From positions 1-64,000 of IMG/VR virus record IMGVR_UViG_3300048548_000653: 64,000 bases of DNA; one strand, written 5' to 3'. Below the pieces are notes generated by a model that was not told where the DNA came from, did no database searches, and worked only from the letters and a program-made list of their open reading frames with translations. A program made the position numbers and the translations under genes. This stretch comes from a virus. Positions within the stretch are counted from its first letter, which is position 1; the number at the start of each line of letters is the position of its first letter. Shown piece by piece: positions 9,366 to 18,918 of the stretch.

Positions 9366-10289
9366 TTACGTTTCTTCAAACAAATTTGTTGTAAAAAATT
9401 GTTTGTCCATTTTATCAAACATTGCTTTATCACGCTCAATCAATATTGCATTTCTGCCACAAGTATCGGCAGCAATTCCTGTGCTACCGCTTCCTGCAAA
9501 TGTATCTAATATTGTATCACCTTTGTTGCTTAGTAGTTCAATAAAGTATTGTAATAATTCTACTGGTTTTTGTGTTGGATGTATTTTGTTTACTATGCCG
9601 CCACTGAATGTAATTGTATTTGGTATAATTGCTTGTATTTTACCATTTTCAACTTTTCGTTTTGCAATCATTTGTTCTGCTTCAAACAAAGCGTCAGTAA
9701 AAATTTCATCCATACTTGTTTTGTTTATATTATTTTTTACCATTTTATAAACAATACTACTAACTTTATCAGCAACTGCATATCTATCTACAATGTTACC
9801 CCAGTCGGTGGCACTGTTAAATGTTCTTGGTCCTTTGGGCTTGATACCCCACAATATATATTCGCAACCACTTACTGGATTTACTTTCCTATTGAATGGA
9901 ACTGCTGCTGGCTTTTTCCAAGTAAAGACACGCTTAGGTTCAAAGCCATTTGCCTCCATAATTTTATATAGATAAGATACATATTGATCACTTATAAACA
10001 CTGCAAAGGCAGCACCTTTACGCATTTTAGCAAACCATAATTTGCTCCATTCATCGAGTTGTAATAAAAATTCTTCGTGTGTAACACTATCCCAATCTTC
10101 ATCAAACCCTTCGCCAAACTTTTGATTGTGTATACTATTTTTGTTTTCACCAGTTTCTTTATCAACCCATTCCGGCTTTGCGCCCTTATCGCTGATGTTA
10201 TATGGTGGATCTGTAAGTAATAAATCTATGCTGCCGTCTGCAACGTTATCAAGTTGTTCTTGCATAGCACCTTGATAAGTTGTAATCAT
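9366..10289 (-). CDS. beta-class N4-C/N6-A DNA methyltransferase
   Basis: DLLLTDPPYN, HPTQKP, LDTFAGSGSTG. Confidence 0.92.
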   Translation of the reverse strand: MITTYQGAMQEQLDNVADGSIDLLLTDPPYNISDKGAKPEWVDKETGENKNSIHNQKFGEGFDEDWDSVTHEEFLLQLDEWSKLWFAKMRKGAAFAVFISDQYVSYLYKIMEANGFEPKRVFTWKKPAAVPFNRKVNPVSGCEYILWGIKPKGPRTFNSATDWGNIVDRYAVADKVSSIVYKMVKNNINKTSMDEIFTDALFEAEQMIAKRKVENGKIQAIIPNTITFSGGIVNKIHPTQKPVELLQYFIELLSNKGDTILDTFAGSGSTGIAADTCGRNAILIERDKAMFDKMDKQFFTTNLFEET

Positions 10290-11488
10290 TATAGACCTTT
10301 CAATGGCTCTACGCCCATCCAATTATGCCAAGCACTTGTAGCACGGCTCCAGTAAACTGTTTTCCAATTAGCAACATCGCTAAAGTTAGTTTCTTTAATT
10401 ATACATTGATTATTTTCAATGTCAAGTACAACAAACATAGGTTCATTAAGAAACTGTGTAGCAATAATACTTATTTCTTTGACTGCATTTTCACCCCACA
10501 AGCGGCTTACCAATGTATTGATCGTAAAATCAATAGGGTGTAAACTTCCTTCGTTCCATAATGCTTCAGGACGTCCACCTGCGTCAGGCATACCTAAGCC
10601 ATTATGTTCTGGTGTATTTTGGATATAAGTATAAAACTCTTTATATGATGTTTTAGCTACAAATTTGGATAATGCATCTCTATCAGTGCCACCTACCCAA
10701 TCAGTAATTGCTTTAACTTCAGGACAAAGTTCAGCGGCATATTTTACAAAATCATTTCTATTGTGTGTTGCTACACTATATAAAAATTTGCCTGTTGTAG
10801 TGTATGTATCAATAAATTCTGCGAATGCACTTAAATTAACTTTGCCACCAGTGCCTCTACCTTTTGCACTTACACCTTGTCCATCTACATAAAAGTCTGC
10901 AATTTTATGATTGCTACCTTTTGGAAAATATACAGTGTGTCCTTTCAATACAAAAGAATATGCACAAAGGACTTCACCGTAATCGCTTGTAATTCTGTTT
11001 ACATCTGCTTCACGTATAGCTTCTAACCCTTCAATTGGCCATTCTGTTTCTACATTGTACAACAAACTAAGTAAAAAATCGCTAAATTCACTGTCTGCAA
11101 TACCAGCTCTTACTGCTGTTGCAAACTCTTGCTTGTTATCAAATGTTTTACCATTCAATCCTAGTGCATCAGGTGTAAATTGTTTACGAGACATATTGCC
11201 TTCTTTTGGTACATTGAATTGTACACCAACTTTTTCACCTTTGAAGTTTACAACCAATCCTTGGTCTCCGTAGTCTGGACTTCTGCTGTAATATTTGTAA
11301 GGTACAGTGTTGTATGTAAGTCCGACATTGGCAAGACTTTCTTGTAACTGCTCAAATGTATTGAGTCCGCAATTACTTTTAAAACGTAAATGCACCGGTG
11401 TTTCACCGTTGTGCCTTGTAACACGATCTTTGTTCAGTGACAATTTTTCAACTAAAAAATTTCTAAGTTCAGTTTCAGGGTACTTCAT
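10289..11488 (-). CDS. putative PD-(D/E)xK restriction endonuclease
   Basis: DYGE...IADFYVDGQGVSAK; coupled to the MTase gene. Confidence 0.55.
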   Translation of the reverse strand: MKYPETELRNFLVEKLSLNKDRVTRHNGETPVHLRFKSNCGLNTFEQLQESLANVGLTYNTVPYKYYSRSPDYGDQGLVVNFKGEKVGVQFNVPKEGNMSRKQFTPDALGLNGKTFDNKQEFATAVRAGIADSEFSDFLLSLLYNVETEWPIEGLEAIREADVNRITSDYGEVLCAYSFVLKGHTVYFPKGSNHKIADFYVDGQGVSAKGRGTGGKVNLSAFAEFIDTYTTTGKFLYSVATHNRNDFVKYAAELCPEVKAITDWVGGTDRDALSKFVAKTSYKEFYTYIQNTPEHNGLGMPDAGGRPEALWNEGSLHPIDFTINTLVSRLWGENAVKEISIIATQFLNEPMFVVLDIENNQCIIKETNFSDVANWKTVYWSRATSAWHNWMGVEPLKGL

Positions 11489-11883
11489 ACCTGCGTCCAC
11501 TTCTTGCTTGCTAAGTTGTTTTCTTCAGCCCAGCGAATAAACAAACCTGTTTCACGACCGTGTGCTTCAATTTCACTAGGTCTATCCCAATACTCGATAT
11601 GACTTTCACTGTTTTGTGCAAGTTGTCCTAATTCATACTGTTTTACGTGTACAATTTCGTGTGCTAATGTAGTCAATAAATCACGTAAACGCAAACTACG
11701 CTTTATATCGATTTCATATTCGCCGTTGTCTACTTGCACACATCCACCAAGACTGTGCTCATTTGTAAGTCTACGAAAGTAAACTTCGATATCTGGATTA
11801 ATTTTAAACTTGTTACACACAAACTCAATTATGCTATAGGCATATCTACGTTGCTGTTTAGTTCCGCCTTGTACATAAATCAT
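11485..11883 (-). CDS. zincin metallopeptidase (SprT/ImmA-like)
   Basis: TLAHEIVHVKQ, PSEIEA. Confidence 0.8.
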   Translation of the reverse strand: MIYVQGGTKQQRRYAYSIIEFVCNKFKINPDIEVYFRRLTNEHSLGGCVQVDNGEYEIDIKRSLRLRDLLTTLAHEIVHVKQYELGQLAQNSESHIEYWDRPSEIEAHGRETGLFIRWAEENNLASKKWTQV

Positions 11884-11910
11884 TGTACCCTCATACGTTG
11901 CTTATATACT

Positions 11911-11939
11911 AATATAGCACATAGTATAACGATTGTCAA
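11911..11939 (-). promoter_or_regulatory. sigma70-type promoter
   Basis: TTGACA-N17-TATATT. Confidence 0.65.
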
Positions 11940-11940
11940 C

Positions 11941-12159
11941 CTATAATCTTCGGGTAATGCGACCCTTCTCAAGGTCATAAGGAGTCATTTCAATTAAAAC
12001 CCTGTCACCTGCGACTAGTCTTATCTTAAACTGGCGCATTTTACCGCCTGTATAACATATTACTAAATGTTTATTATCAAGTTCTACCTTAAACATTTGA
12101 TTTGGCAGCACATCAATTATGCTGCCTTCTACTTCTATTATATCACTATTTTTTGCCAT
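11941..12159 (-). CDS. infA: translation initiation factor IF-1
   Basis: IEVEG..VLPNQMFKVELDN..GKMR..IRLVAGDRV..TPYDLEKGRI. Confidence 0.95.
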   Translation of the reverse strand: MAKNSDIIEVEGSIIDVLPNQMFKVELDNKHLVICYTGGKMRQFKIRLVAGDRVLIEMTPYDLEKGRITRRL

Positions 12160-12328
12160 TGTCTACTTTTGTAATGGAGATGCTGCCTTTCTCATCTTGT
12201 GTTATCCTTAAAACATCACCAGGCTTCCAGCCCATTTTTTCACTAACTTCATCTGGAATTTTCATAAGAACGTTATCAGGATTATCTGGATCATCCTCAA
12301 ATATTTCCTCAACTTTATATTCTATCAT
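12146..12328 (-). CDS. AbrB/MazE-like DNA-binding protein
   Basis: LMKIPDEVSEKMGWKPGDVL. Confidence 0.75.
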   Translation of the reverse strand: MIEYKVEEIFEDDPDNPDNVLMKIPDEVSEKMGWKPGDVLRITQDEKGSISITKVDNGKK

Positions 12329-12335
12329 ATGCTAT

Positions 12336-13058
12336 TTATGCCTTCCATACTGAAGCATAGTAACCCTTACCGTTTGTATCGCCGCCATAGTTCTCAACTT
12401 CAACACCATCATACTCAACTTCGGTAATTGTATCTTCTCCATTTAAATATTCCGTAGTACGGATTCTCAGTTTTTTGATATCAAATTCGCCTACAGTTTC
12501 GGCTACGCCTTCAAAGAAACAGCCTTTTTCACTGCTGTACATTTGTGCAATATATTCCGTACCTTCTGGCGTATCGCTGCATACATCCATTTCGACTAAT
12601 GTTTCCCAATCTTCGTCGCTATCAACACAATCCGAAATGTTTTTATTTTCAATAACATCTGCAATCCATTTGCCGTTATATTCATCCGATTCTACTTCGT
12701 CTACAGTAATGTTTGAACTACTATATTCACCGCCCCAACTGTGTTCAAATTCAGTAGGTGCTTCGTACCAACTACTGCGCCAACTTTCTCCGTCAGCATC
12801 GGGACTCATTAAAAAGTCTGCCTCAGAAGGAATTTCAGTAATTTCGTCAAAATCAAAATCGCCGTCTTCCGAGTTGACTAGGTAATTGACAAGATCGTTA
12901 TCGCCGTGTTCCTCTACTTGTTTGTTCCAAAACTCAAATGCTGGTTTAGTCAAGCTCATATATGCCGACTCGCCGCCATATCCATTTATAATAATTTTAT
13001 AGTAACGAGGTCCAATAATCTCATCAACTAATTCTTTTTTTTCTTCACTGGTTGCCAT
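12336..13058 (-). CDS. acidic hypothetical phage protein
   Basis: Start moved downstream of the TTGACC-N17-TACACT promoter. Confidence 0.65.
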   Translation of the reverse strand: MATSEEKKELVDEIIGPRYYKIIINGYGGESAYMSLTKPAFEFWNKQVEEHGDNDLVNYLVNSEDGDFDFDEITEIPSEADFLMSPDADGESWRSSWYEAPTEFEHSWGGEYSSSNITVDEVESDEYNGKWIADVIENKNISDCVDSDEDWETLVEMDVCSDTPEGTEYIAQMYSSEKGCFFEGVAETVGEFDIKKLRIRTTEYLNGEDTITEVEYDGVEVENYGGDTNGKGYYASVWKA

Positions 13059-13125
13059 AGTTTCTTCCATTCTATATTCTAACACGACTAGTGTAACATA
13101 AATATTCTTGGAGGTCAACCTTTTT

Positions 13126-14052
13126 ATGAATTCAACATTAGTTTGTGTAATATGTGATAGAGATTTATGGAACTTTGAATTACTAGTAAGATCTATAAAC
13201 AAATTTTTACAGCCTTGTAGATTAGTTTTTATTTACAATGAAGATGCAGCAAGATATCCTCATTTTAGAAAATGGTATAAAGAAACTTGTGATCCTCTTT
13301 TAGTAAAATTTGATACAAAACTATATCATAAGGATTTATTTTTTAATGATTATGACTTGAATGACATAGAATATAGGCTACATACTGAGCCTATTTATAA
13401 TCAACAATTGTTAAAGTTATTTGTATCAGATATAGTCACAACAGAAAATTACACTGTATTTGATTGTAAAAACTTTTTTGTAAAGCCTTGTAGATTAAGT
13501 GACGTAAAACAAACACATCCTGAAGATATATCATTTGCCGATCATTATTTGAGATCTTGGTGTATGGTTTGCTGTGCAAAGCTAGATGTAAGATTTAGAG
13601 GTGTGCAACATTTAAAACTTAGTACGAATATAACTCCATTTGTTATGAAGAAGAAATCAGTACAAAAACTTGTAAAACATTTCAAAGGCAAAAAAGAATT
13701 GCACAAGTGGATGCTAAGTTGGTGCGGTGAATATTCTAATATGGCTGAATTTTATCTATATGAAATATATTGCATTGCAAAAGGTATACAAGATCAAGGA
13801 AATGTACCAGGTAACACATTAACCATTTGGGAGCATTGTTTTAAAGATCCGCGAATGTTAAAAGGATTAGAATTTTATATAAAAAGTGAAGAGCATAATG
13901 CAGCTTTAATGGGATACAAATATTTTGTAGCTGGATTACATACACATACAAGAAAATATTTAGATCCTAAAGATATAAAAGAATTATTCAAATACTTTGA
14001 TATGGAAGACTGTTGGCCGGAACGAGGATGCCCTTTTATAAAGGCAGTTTAA
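13126..14052 (+). CDS. glycosyltransferase-like protein (DUF6492-like)
   Basis: RSI.KF, QQLLKL, FDCKNFF, EFYLY. Confidence 0.55.
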   Translation: MNSTLVCVICDRDLWNFELLVRSINKFLQPCRLVFIYNEDAARYPHFRKWYKETCDPLLVKFDTKLYHKDLFFNDYDLNDIEYRLHTEPIYNQQLLKLFVSDIVTTENYTVFDCKNFFVKPCRLSDVKQTHPEDISFADHYLRSWCMVCCAKLDVRFRGVQHLKLSTNITPFVMKKKSVQKLVKHFKGKKELHKWMLSWCGEYSNMAEFYLYEIYCIAKGIQDQGNVPGNTLTIWEHCFKDPRMLKGLEFYIKSEEHNAALMGYKYFVAGLHTHTRKYLDPKDIKELFKYFDMEDCWPERGCPFIKAV

Positions 14053-14095
14053 TGGTAAATACCTATAGAGCGTGAGGGCGCTTATTGGAGCAAGA

Positions 14096-14374
14096 ATGGA
14101 CTTTTTATCACTAGTAGCTGATGTTGGTTTTCCTATTGCCGCAGCGGGTGCCGCAGGGGGATTTGTTTTTTTAACACTGAAGTTTATACTAGCAGGTGTT
14201 ACTTCAAGTGTCACAACACTAAAAAATATAATTGGGCAACTGGATAATCGTGTCCAAACTATGAATAATGATCTTGTTAAGATTGATGCATTATTAAGTT
14301 ATGCATTAAACGTTAGACCAAATACAGATCGAATCGCAGCAAATGAAGGAAAAGATGATGCCAGACGGGACTGA
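14096..14374 (+). CDS. GFPI-type membrane plus coiled-coil protein (holin-like), paralog 1
   Basis: VGFPIAA TM segment; LDNRVQTMNNDL. Confidence 0.7.
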   Translation: MDFLSLVADVGFPIAAAGAAGGFVFLTLKFILAGVTSSVTTLKNIIGQLDNRVQTMNNDLVKIDALLSYALNVRPNTDRIAANEGKDDARRD

Positions 14375-14552
14375 TGACAAAGGCAAGTTAGAACTTGCAA
14401 TAAGAATTTTAGGAAACGAATTAGTTGCATTTAGAATGGACGTAGACGATTTCAAAATGAAATGGCTAGTTATGGGAGTAGTTGCTATAGTAGCACTAGG
14501 TTGGACTGCTGGAGAATTTGGGCCAGCACTAATTAGTATGTTCGGTGAATAA
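14355..14552 (+). CDS. small membrane protein
   Basis: GKLELAIRILGNEL followed by a TM segment. Confidence 0.6.
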   Translation: MMPDGTDDKGKLELAIRILGNELVAFRMDVDDFKMKWLVMGVVAIVALGWTAGEFGPALISMFGE

Positions 14553-14906
14553 ATGGATTTAGGCAAGGTAATAGCAGAGTATGGATTTCCTATTGTTGCA
14601 ACAATGGGTATGGCCTACTTTATATTCTTTATTTGGAAATGGGTTACAAATGAAATTGACGTAGTTATTGGTCAAGCAATGGGTACACTAATTAAACTTG
14701 TTGACCGTGTGCGTATGCTAGACAATGATCTTATCCGTTTAAACAGTAAACTAAGTATGGTTTTAGAATATCGTGCAAAACTTAATCCTCAACGTCAAGA
14801 CGAGTTACAACGTTTAGTTGATGAATACAAAACCCAAAGCAATGATTTTGATTCAGGTGGCAACAAAGAAACTAAAGAGCCGTTAAAAAAGAGAACGGCA
14901 AGGTGA
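14553..14906 (+). CDS. GFPI-type membrane plus coiled-coil protein, paralog 2
   Basis: YGFPIVA TM segment; LVDRVRMLDNDL. Confidence 0.7.
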   Translation: MDLGKVIAEYGFPIVATMGMAYFIFFIWKWVTNEIDVVIGQAMGTLIKLVDRVRMLDNDLIRLNSKLSMVLEYRAKLNPQRQDELQRLVDEYKTQSNDFDSGGNKETKEPLKKRTAR

Positions 14907-15028
14907 GCGGTCCTGTTCGCCAGTGTAAAACTTGCGGACACGATTGCCATTGCAATAAGCCGGATTGTTCTAAGTGTGTAAATGATGTTTGCTTCAGATG
15001 TGATTGCGAAGATAAAATAAAAAAATAA
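14903..15028 (+). CDS. Cys-rich metallothionein-like peptide, 41 aa (not in ORF track)
   Basis: GTG overlaps the upstream TGA; MSGPVRQCKTCGHDCHCNKPDCSKCVNDVCFRCDCEDKIKK. Confidence 0.6.
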   Translation: MSGPVRQCKTCGHDCHCNKPDCSKCVNDVCFRCDCEDKIKK

Positions 15029-15036
15029 GTAAATGT

Positions 15037-15309
15037 ATGAGATATTATATTGGACAATGCGAATATAAATGGTCGCACGTCAACAAGCCAATGGAAGCGA
15101 TGTGGATACAACGAGAAATTGGTGCAGATATTTTTAAAACAGTAGAAGAAAATGATTGGCAGTGGGTTTGGTTACGTACTAATAGTCAAACTTTACCAGA
15201 AGACATTTATTGTCGTTGTGACATTTACGTAGAAATACCAAATAGCAAACAGGGTACTTTGTTTATGTTAAAGTATCCTAGCGCAAAACTAGTGGAGAAA
15301 GCATTATGA
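15037..15309 (+). CDS. hypothetical protein
   Basis: ORF within operon. Confidence 0.6.
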   Translation: MRYYIGQCEYKWSHVNKPMEAMWIQREIGADIFKTVEENDWQWVWLRTNSQTLPEDIYCRCDIYVEIPNSKQGTLFMLKYPSAKLVEKAL

Positions 15310-15533
15310 TGTGGGTAGACTATAATATTGATAGTATTCCTGGCGGTAAAGGATTTAAGGTGAAGGGCGATTGGGAAGGTGAAGTAATGGGTGTAGCTCA
15401 AGATGGCACACAAAAAGATCATTGGTTATACAAGCCCGGCGATGTATTTGTTGTAAATGAAAGTGGTTGGTTAGTTAAGACTGACGAAGTGAATGCACTT
15501 CTTCTGAAACACGAGAGTACGAATTCTGAATAA
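15306..15533 (+). CDS. hypothetical protein
   Basis: Coupled ORF. Confidence 0.6.
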   Translation: MMWVDYNIDSIPGGKGFKVKGDWEGEVMGVAQDGTQKDHWLYKPGDVFVVNESGWLVKTDEVNALLLKHESTNSE

Positions 15534-16143
15534 CTTCGGCAACCTGATGTGATACCATAGTTTCATAATGCGTGTGTGCTAGTTCTACCTTATCCATATC
15601 ATTCCTTGATTGCATACTTTCAAGTGTAACAACGCCGTCATTAGGGCCTCCGTGATATGGTACCATTCCGCTAGTAGTAATTATCTGTGTCCAAGGAATG
15701 TTTAATTTTACATCAGTTGCATTTTTTATAGGCAAACTTCTACGACCTACATCTCTAAATAATGGATAACTAGGAACAATATATTTTGCCCAGTCTGCTG
15801 TCCAGCTTCCAGCAAACGGTGTGCTAATACTTACACCTCCTACTATTCTATGCATCTGTGTTAGGTGTAAAGCATATAATCCACCCATACTGTGTCCTAT
15901 GACAAAGTGTGGTCCTTTGTTTTGAATTTGTTCGCTTATCTTATCAAGATTATAGTAAAACTTATCAGCACTACTATAATTTACAAAAATTTCATTTGTA
16001 AATTTAGTTTTATTTCGTAAATAATTAAAACTTAAACTAGTTTGGTTTGCCCCGTGTATCCAAATAACATTTATGTCATCGGTTTTACGCTTTTCTTCAA
16101 CAAAAGGCTTATTAAAATAATTCTTGAACAATAAATGCAGCAT
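15475..16143 (-). CDS. alpha/beta hydrolase
   Basis: WIHGA, GHSMGG, STPFAGS, NDGVV, HYE. Confidence 0.85.
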   Translation of the reverse strand: MLHLLFKNYFNKPFVEEKRKTDDINVIWIHGANQTSLSFNYLRNKTKFTNEIFVNYSSADKFYYNLDKISEQIQNKGPHFVIGHSMGGLYALHLTQMHRIVGGVSISTPFAGSWTADWAKYIVPSYPLFRDVGRRSLPIKNATDVKLNIPWTQIITTSGMVPYHGGPNDGVVTLESMQSRNDMDKVELAHTHYETMVSHQVAEVIQNSYSRVSEEVHSLRQS

Positions 16144-16146
16144 ATA

Positions 16147-18192
16147 TTATTTACTTGTGGCCACAAAAACGCCATTCCAATCTGAAGGCAAGTCTTGTGT
16201 TTTCATATACTCGCATCGTTCAATCCACATATCATAATATTTTTCCATTCTATGGTCAAAATTAGTGTATATTGTTTTACATAAACGTATAGCTTCATCC
16301 CAGTCCTGTGCTTTATATGCAGTATGCATATCGGCGTGTCTACGTTGGGGAACAGACCAAGCAGGTGGACCGCCATCGAGTACTGTATATATACTAAGTC
16401 CTACACTTTTGCCTTTGACTTGCAAGTCATCTACTTTGAGATAGAAGAAATCGTCTTTTGTTTGCTCGTATGTAGATTCTCCAACAAGTAGTAGACATCC
16501 GTACTCTTTACACTTGCTTTCTACTCTTGCTGCGGTGCTGACAGCGTCTCCAAGGACATCATATGAATGACGTTTAGTACTTCCCATTTCACCAAGGTAA
16601 CCCAACCCTGTGTTGATACCAGCACCCATACCAACAGCAGGACGACCATCAGGTATAATAACTTTTTCATTAAATTTTTCCACTGCTTTAAGCATATCTA
16701 AGCCACACTGTACTGCTGAACGAGCGTGGTTAGGATCATCTATAGGCGCATTGTGTATGTGCATACTTGCATCGCCTATGTACTTGATAATCATTCCATC
16801 CATATCTAAAACAGGTTGTGTAATACTGTCCATATAGCCATTCATAATTTTAGTAAGACCTTTAACATCATCACCAAAAGATTCACCTAGTGGTGTAAAT
16901 CCACGCAAATCACTGAACACTATACTAACTTCTTTTTTCATTCCTTCTTTGATTAAAGCAGGATTTTCTTGTAACATACGCACAACTGTAGGAGATGCAT
17001 ATCCAGCAAACTGTTTTTTGATAGCGTTCTTTTGTAAAAACTCGTCAACAAACTTTAATACATAACGTATTAATCCTACAAGAATTAAAAATGCAGCAGG
17101 TAAAGCACCGTCTACGAGCAAGGCATACTGTGCAAAAATATAGTTGCTACCATAAATGCTGCCGCCAACTGCAAGCACAAAAAAGGCTATACCTACATAT
17201 GTCCATCGTGCGATTAAAATTAGTACTATACCTACTGCTATAAAGGCGGCTAACTCTGCCCACTGTTCTGCGTCTGGATGTCTGCTAATATTTGATTGAT
17301 TAAACACTGTTCCTAGCATTGCTGCTTGTACTTCGTGTGGAAATACGCTGCCTGCTGCTGTTGCTAGTGGCTGTGTAAGCCCTGCTGCTGTTGGTCCTAC
17401 AAACACTATACCGCCAGCAAAGTCATCTGGTAAGTCTACTGCGCTCACGCTTTTGCTGCGTTGGCTCCAGTCTATCCACACTTCGCCTGTAGGTGATGTT
17501 TGTATTATACCAAACTGCGGTATGCGTAGTTTGTCTACACCCATAGGTGATAGTTTGATTTGGAACGAAGGATCACCTGCTAGAACACGTAGCACTTCCA
17601 TTGTAACATTTGGATACAATGTGCCGCCGCTTTCAACCACTAAAGGTATTCGTCTTGTTACGCCGTCTACTTCTGCCCAACTGTTGGTTATTCCACTGCC
17701 TACTGCCGAGAATTCCACATCAGGTACATTAGCAATAATACCAGGAACACTAGGAATGGTACCAATATAATCGCTGTTAACAATAGTAGCACCAGGATTG
17801 ATCGCTTCATTCTTATTCTCCTCTGCACCCAACATTGTAACGATAACAGGCAATTGCTGCATAGTTAAGGCTAATGTAGCATCTTCACCTGATCTGTCTG
17901 TTTCCGACATCAACACATTGAACACCACTAGTCCAGCGCCTCTGGCATATAAATCCTCTATAAGGCTACCATAATCACCTCTCGGCCACGGCCATTGTCC
18001 GTATGCCTCTAAACTTGGTTCATCGATGTTCACTGTGTAAATGTTGTTTTCAACAGGTTGTTGATTTACAATAAGTGTGTCAAAGTATCGTAGTTTAAGA
18101 CTTTCTAAAAATGGTGGATTACTTTGCATTACCCACGCAAGAATGCCCAAAACTATAATGCTCCATATTGGGGAAAATATTAGTTTTTTCAT
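16147..18192 (-). CDS. CHASE2-domain class III adenylate/guanylate cyclase
   Basis: GQWPWPR, DGVTRRIPL, TM bundle, FSDLRGFT, KYIGDA, GAGINTG, YDVLGDAVSTAARVE, VKGK. Confidence 0.92.
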   Translation of the reverse strand: MKKLIFSPIWSIIVLGILAWVMQSNPPFLESLKLRYFDTLIVNQQPVENNIYTVNIDEPSLEAYGQWPWPRGDYGSLIEDLYARGAGLVVFNVLMSETDRSGEDATLALTMQQLPVIVTMLGAEENKNEAINPGATIVNSDYIGTIPSVPGIIANVPDVEFSAVGSGITNSWAEVDGVTRRIPLVVESGGTLYPNVTMEVLRVLAGDPSFQIKLSPMGVDKLRIPQFGIIQTSPTGEVWIDWSQRSKSVSAVDLPDDFAGGIVFVGPTAAGLTQPLATAAGSVFPHEVQAAMLGTVFNQSNISRHPDAEQWAELAAFIAVGIVLILIARWTYVGIAFFVLAVGGSIYGSNYIFAQYALLVDGALPAAFLILVGLIRYVLKFVDEFLQKNAIKKQFAGYASPTVVRMLQENPALIKEGMKKEVSIVFSDLRGFTPLGESFGDDVKGLTKIMNGYMDSITQPVLDMDGMIIKYIGDASMHIHNAPIDDPNHARSAVQCGLDMLKAVEKFNEKVIIPDGRPAVGMGAGINTGLGYLGEMGSTKRHSYDVLGDAVSTAARVESKCKEYGCLLLVGESTYEQTKDDFFYLKVDDLQVKGKSVGLSIYTVLDGGPPAWSVPQRRHADMHTAYKAQDWDEAIRLCKTIYTNFDHRMEKYYDMWIERCEYMKTQDLPSDWNGVFVATSK

Positions 18193-18359
18193 TTATTCAA
18201 ATCTATCCAAACACAATCTACAGTTTGATTTCTATCTGTCACAAGCACTGCTGCTTTACTTAATGCTGTAACACAATCTTCTTTGTCAGCATAATTAGCT
18301 AAGTGATAAAGTTCCATTTCCTGAGTGCTTGTTAGTGCTAACCATATTAGTGCCCACAT
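18189..18359 (-). CDS. small secreted two-Cys protein, 56 aa (not in ORF track)
   Basis: MWALIWLALTS...EDC...VDCVW; stop overlaps the cyclase ATG. Confidence 0.6.
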   Translation of the reverse strand: MWALIWLALTSTQEMELYHLANYADKEDCVTALSKAAVLVTDRNQTVDCVWIDLNK

Positions 18360-18523
18360 AATACTTTCTCCACTAGTGCTGACTTTAAATGCTCACCATT
18401 TTTAACTAGAAACTCTCTAATGTGTTTGTTGCTTGCGTCTGCTAATATCGACATTTCTTCTCCAACCATTACTGTATCTGCAGGTAATTTGTCAGCCACA
18501 GGTATTTCCTTTTCAAATTTCAT
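18347..18523 (-). CDS. hypothetical protein
   Basis: AAGGAGAGGGCA before the ATG. Confidence 0.55.
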   Translation of the reverse strand: MKFEKEIPVADKLPADTVMVGEEMSILADASNKHIREFLVKNGEHLKSALVEKVLCGH

Positions 18524-18543
18524 TGCCCTCTCCTTACGAGTAT

Positions 18544-18918
18544 TTACCAAGTTTTTTTATTTAACTTAGCTTTTAATGAATCCTGCTCTTCACGCTTCTT
18601 CCTGGCTTTCTCAACTTCTGCCATAGTATCTTCATACCAGTTTTCATTGTTTACTTTAGCAGTCTTTTTCCGTACTCTGGGTTGGGAATGTCCGGGTACT
18701 TCCAATATAGTACTGGGCTCTTTTTCTCTTTTGGTTTCAATTTGAATCCTTTGTGCTGGTGGCGGAAAATTGTTACGGAGTCGTTTGATTCGTTCTTGTA
18801 GTTCTTTTTGTTTTGACTCATAGTATCTTTCATACATTTTTTCCTTAAAACGTTTGTCTACCATTTCTATTATAAATGGTTGTAAAAAACGTGCAAGTAA
18901 ACGGCCTAACATTACCAA
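18544..18918 (-). CDS. hypothetical basic protein
   Basis: ORF within operon. Confidence 0.5.
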   Translation of the reverse strand: MVMLGRLLARFLQPFIIEMVDKRFKEKMYERYYESKQKELQERIKRLRNNFPPPAQRIQIETKREKEPSTILEVPGHSQPRVRKKTAKVNNENWYEDTMAEVEKARKKREEQDSLKAKLNKKTW

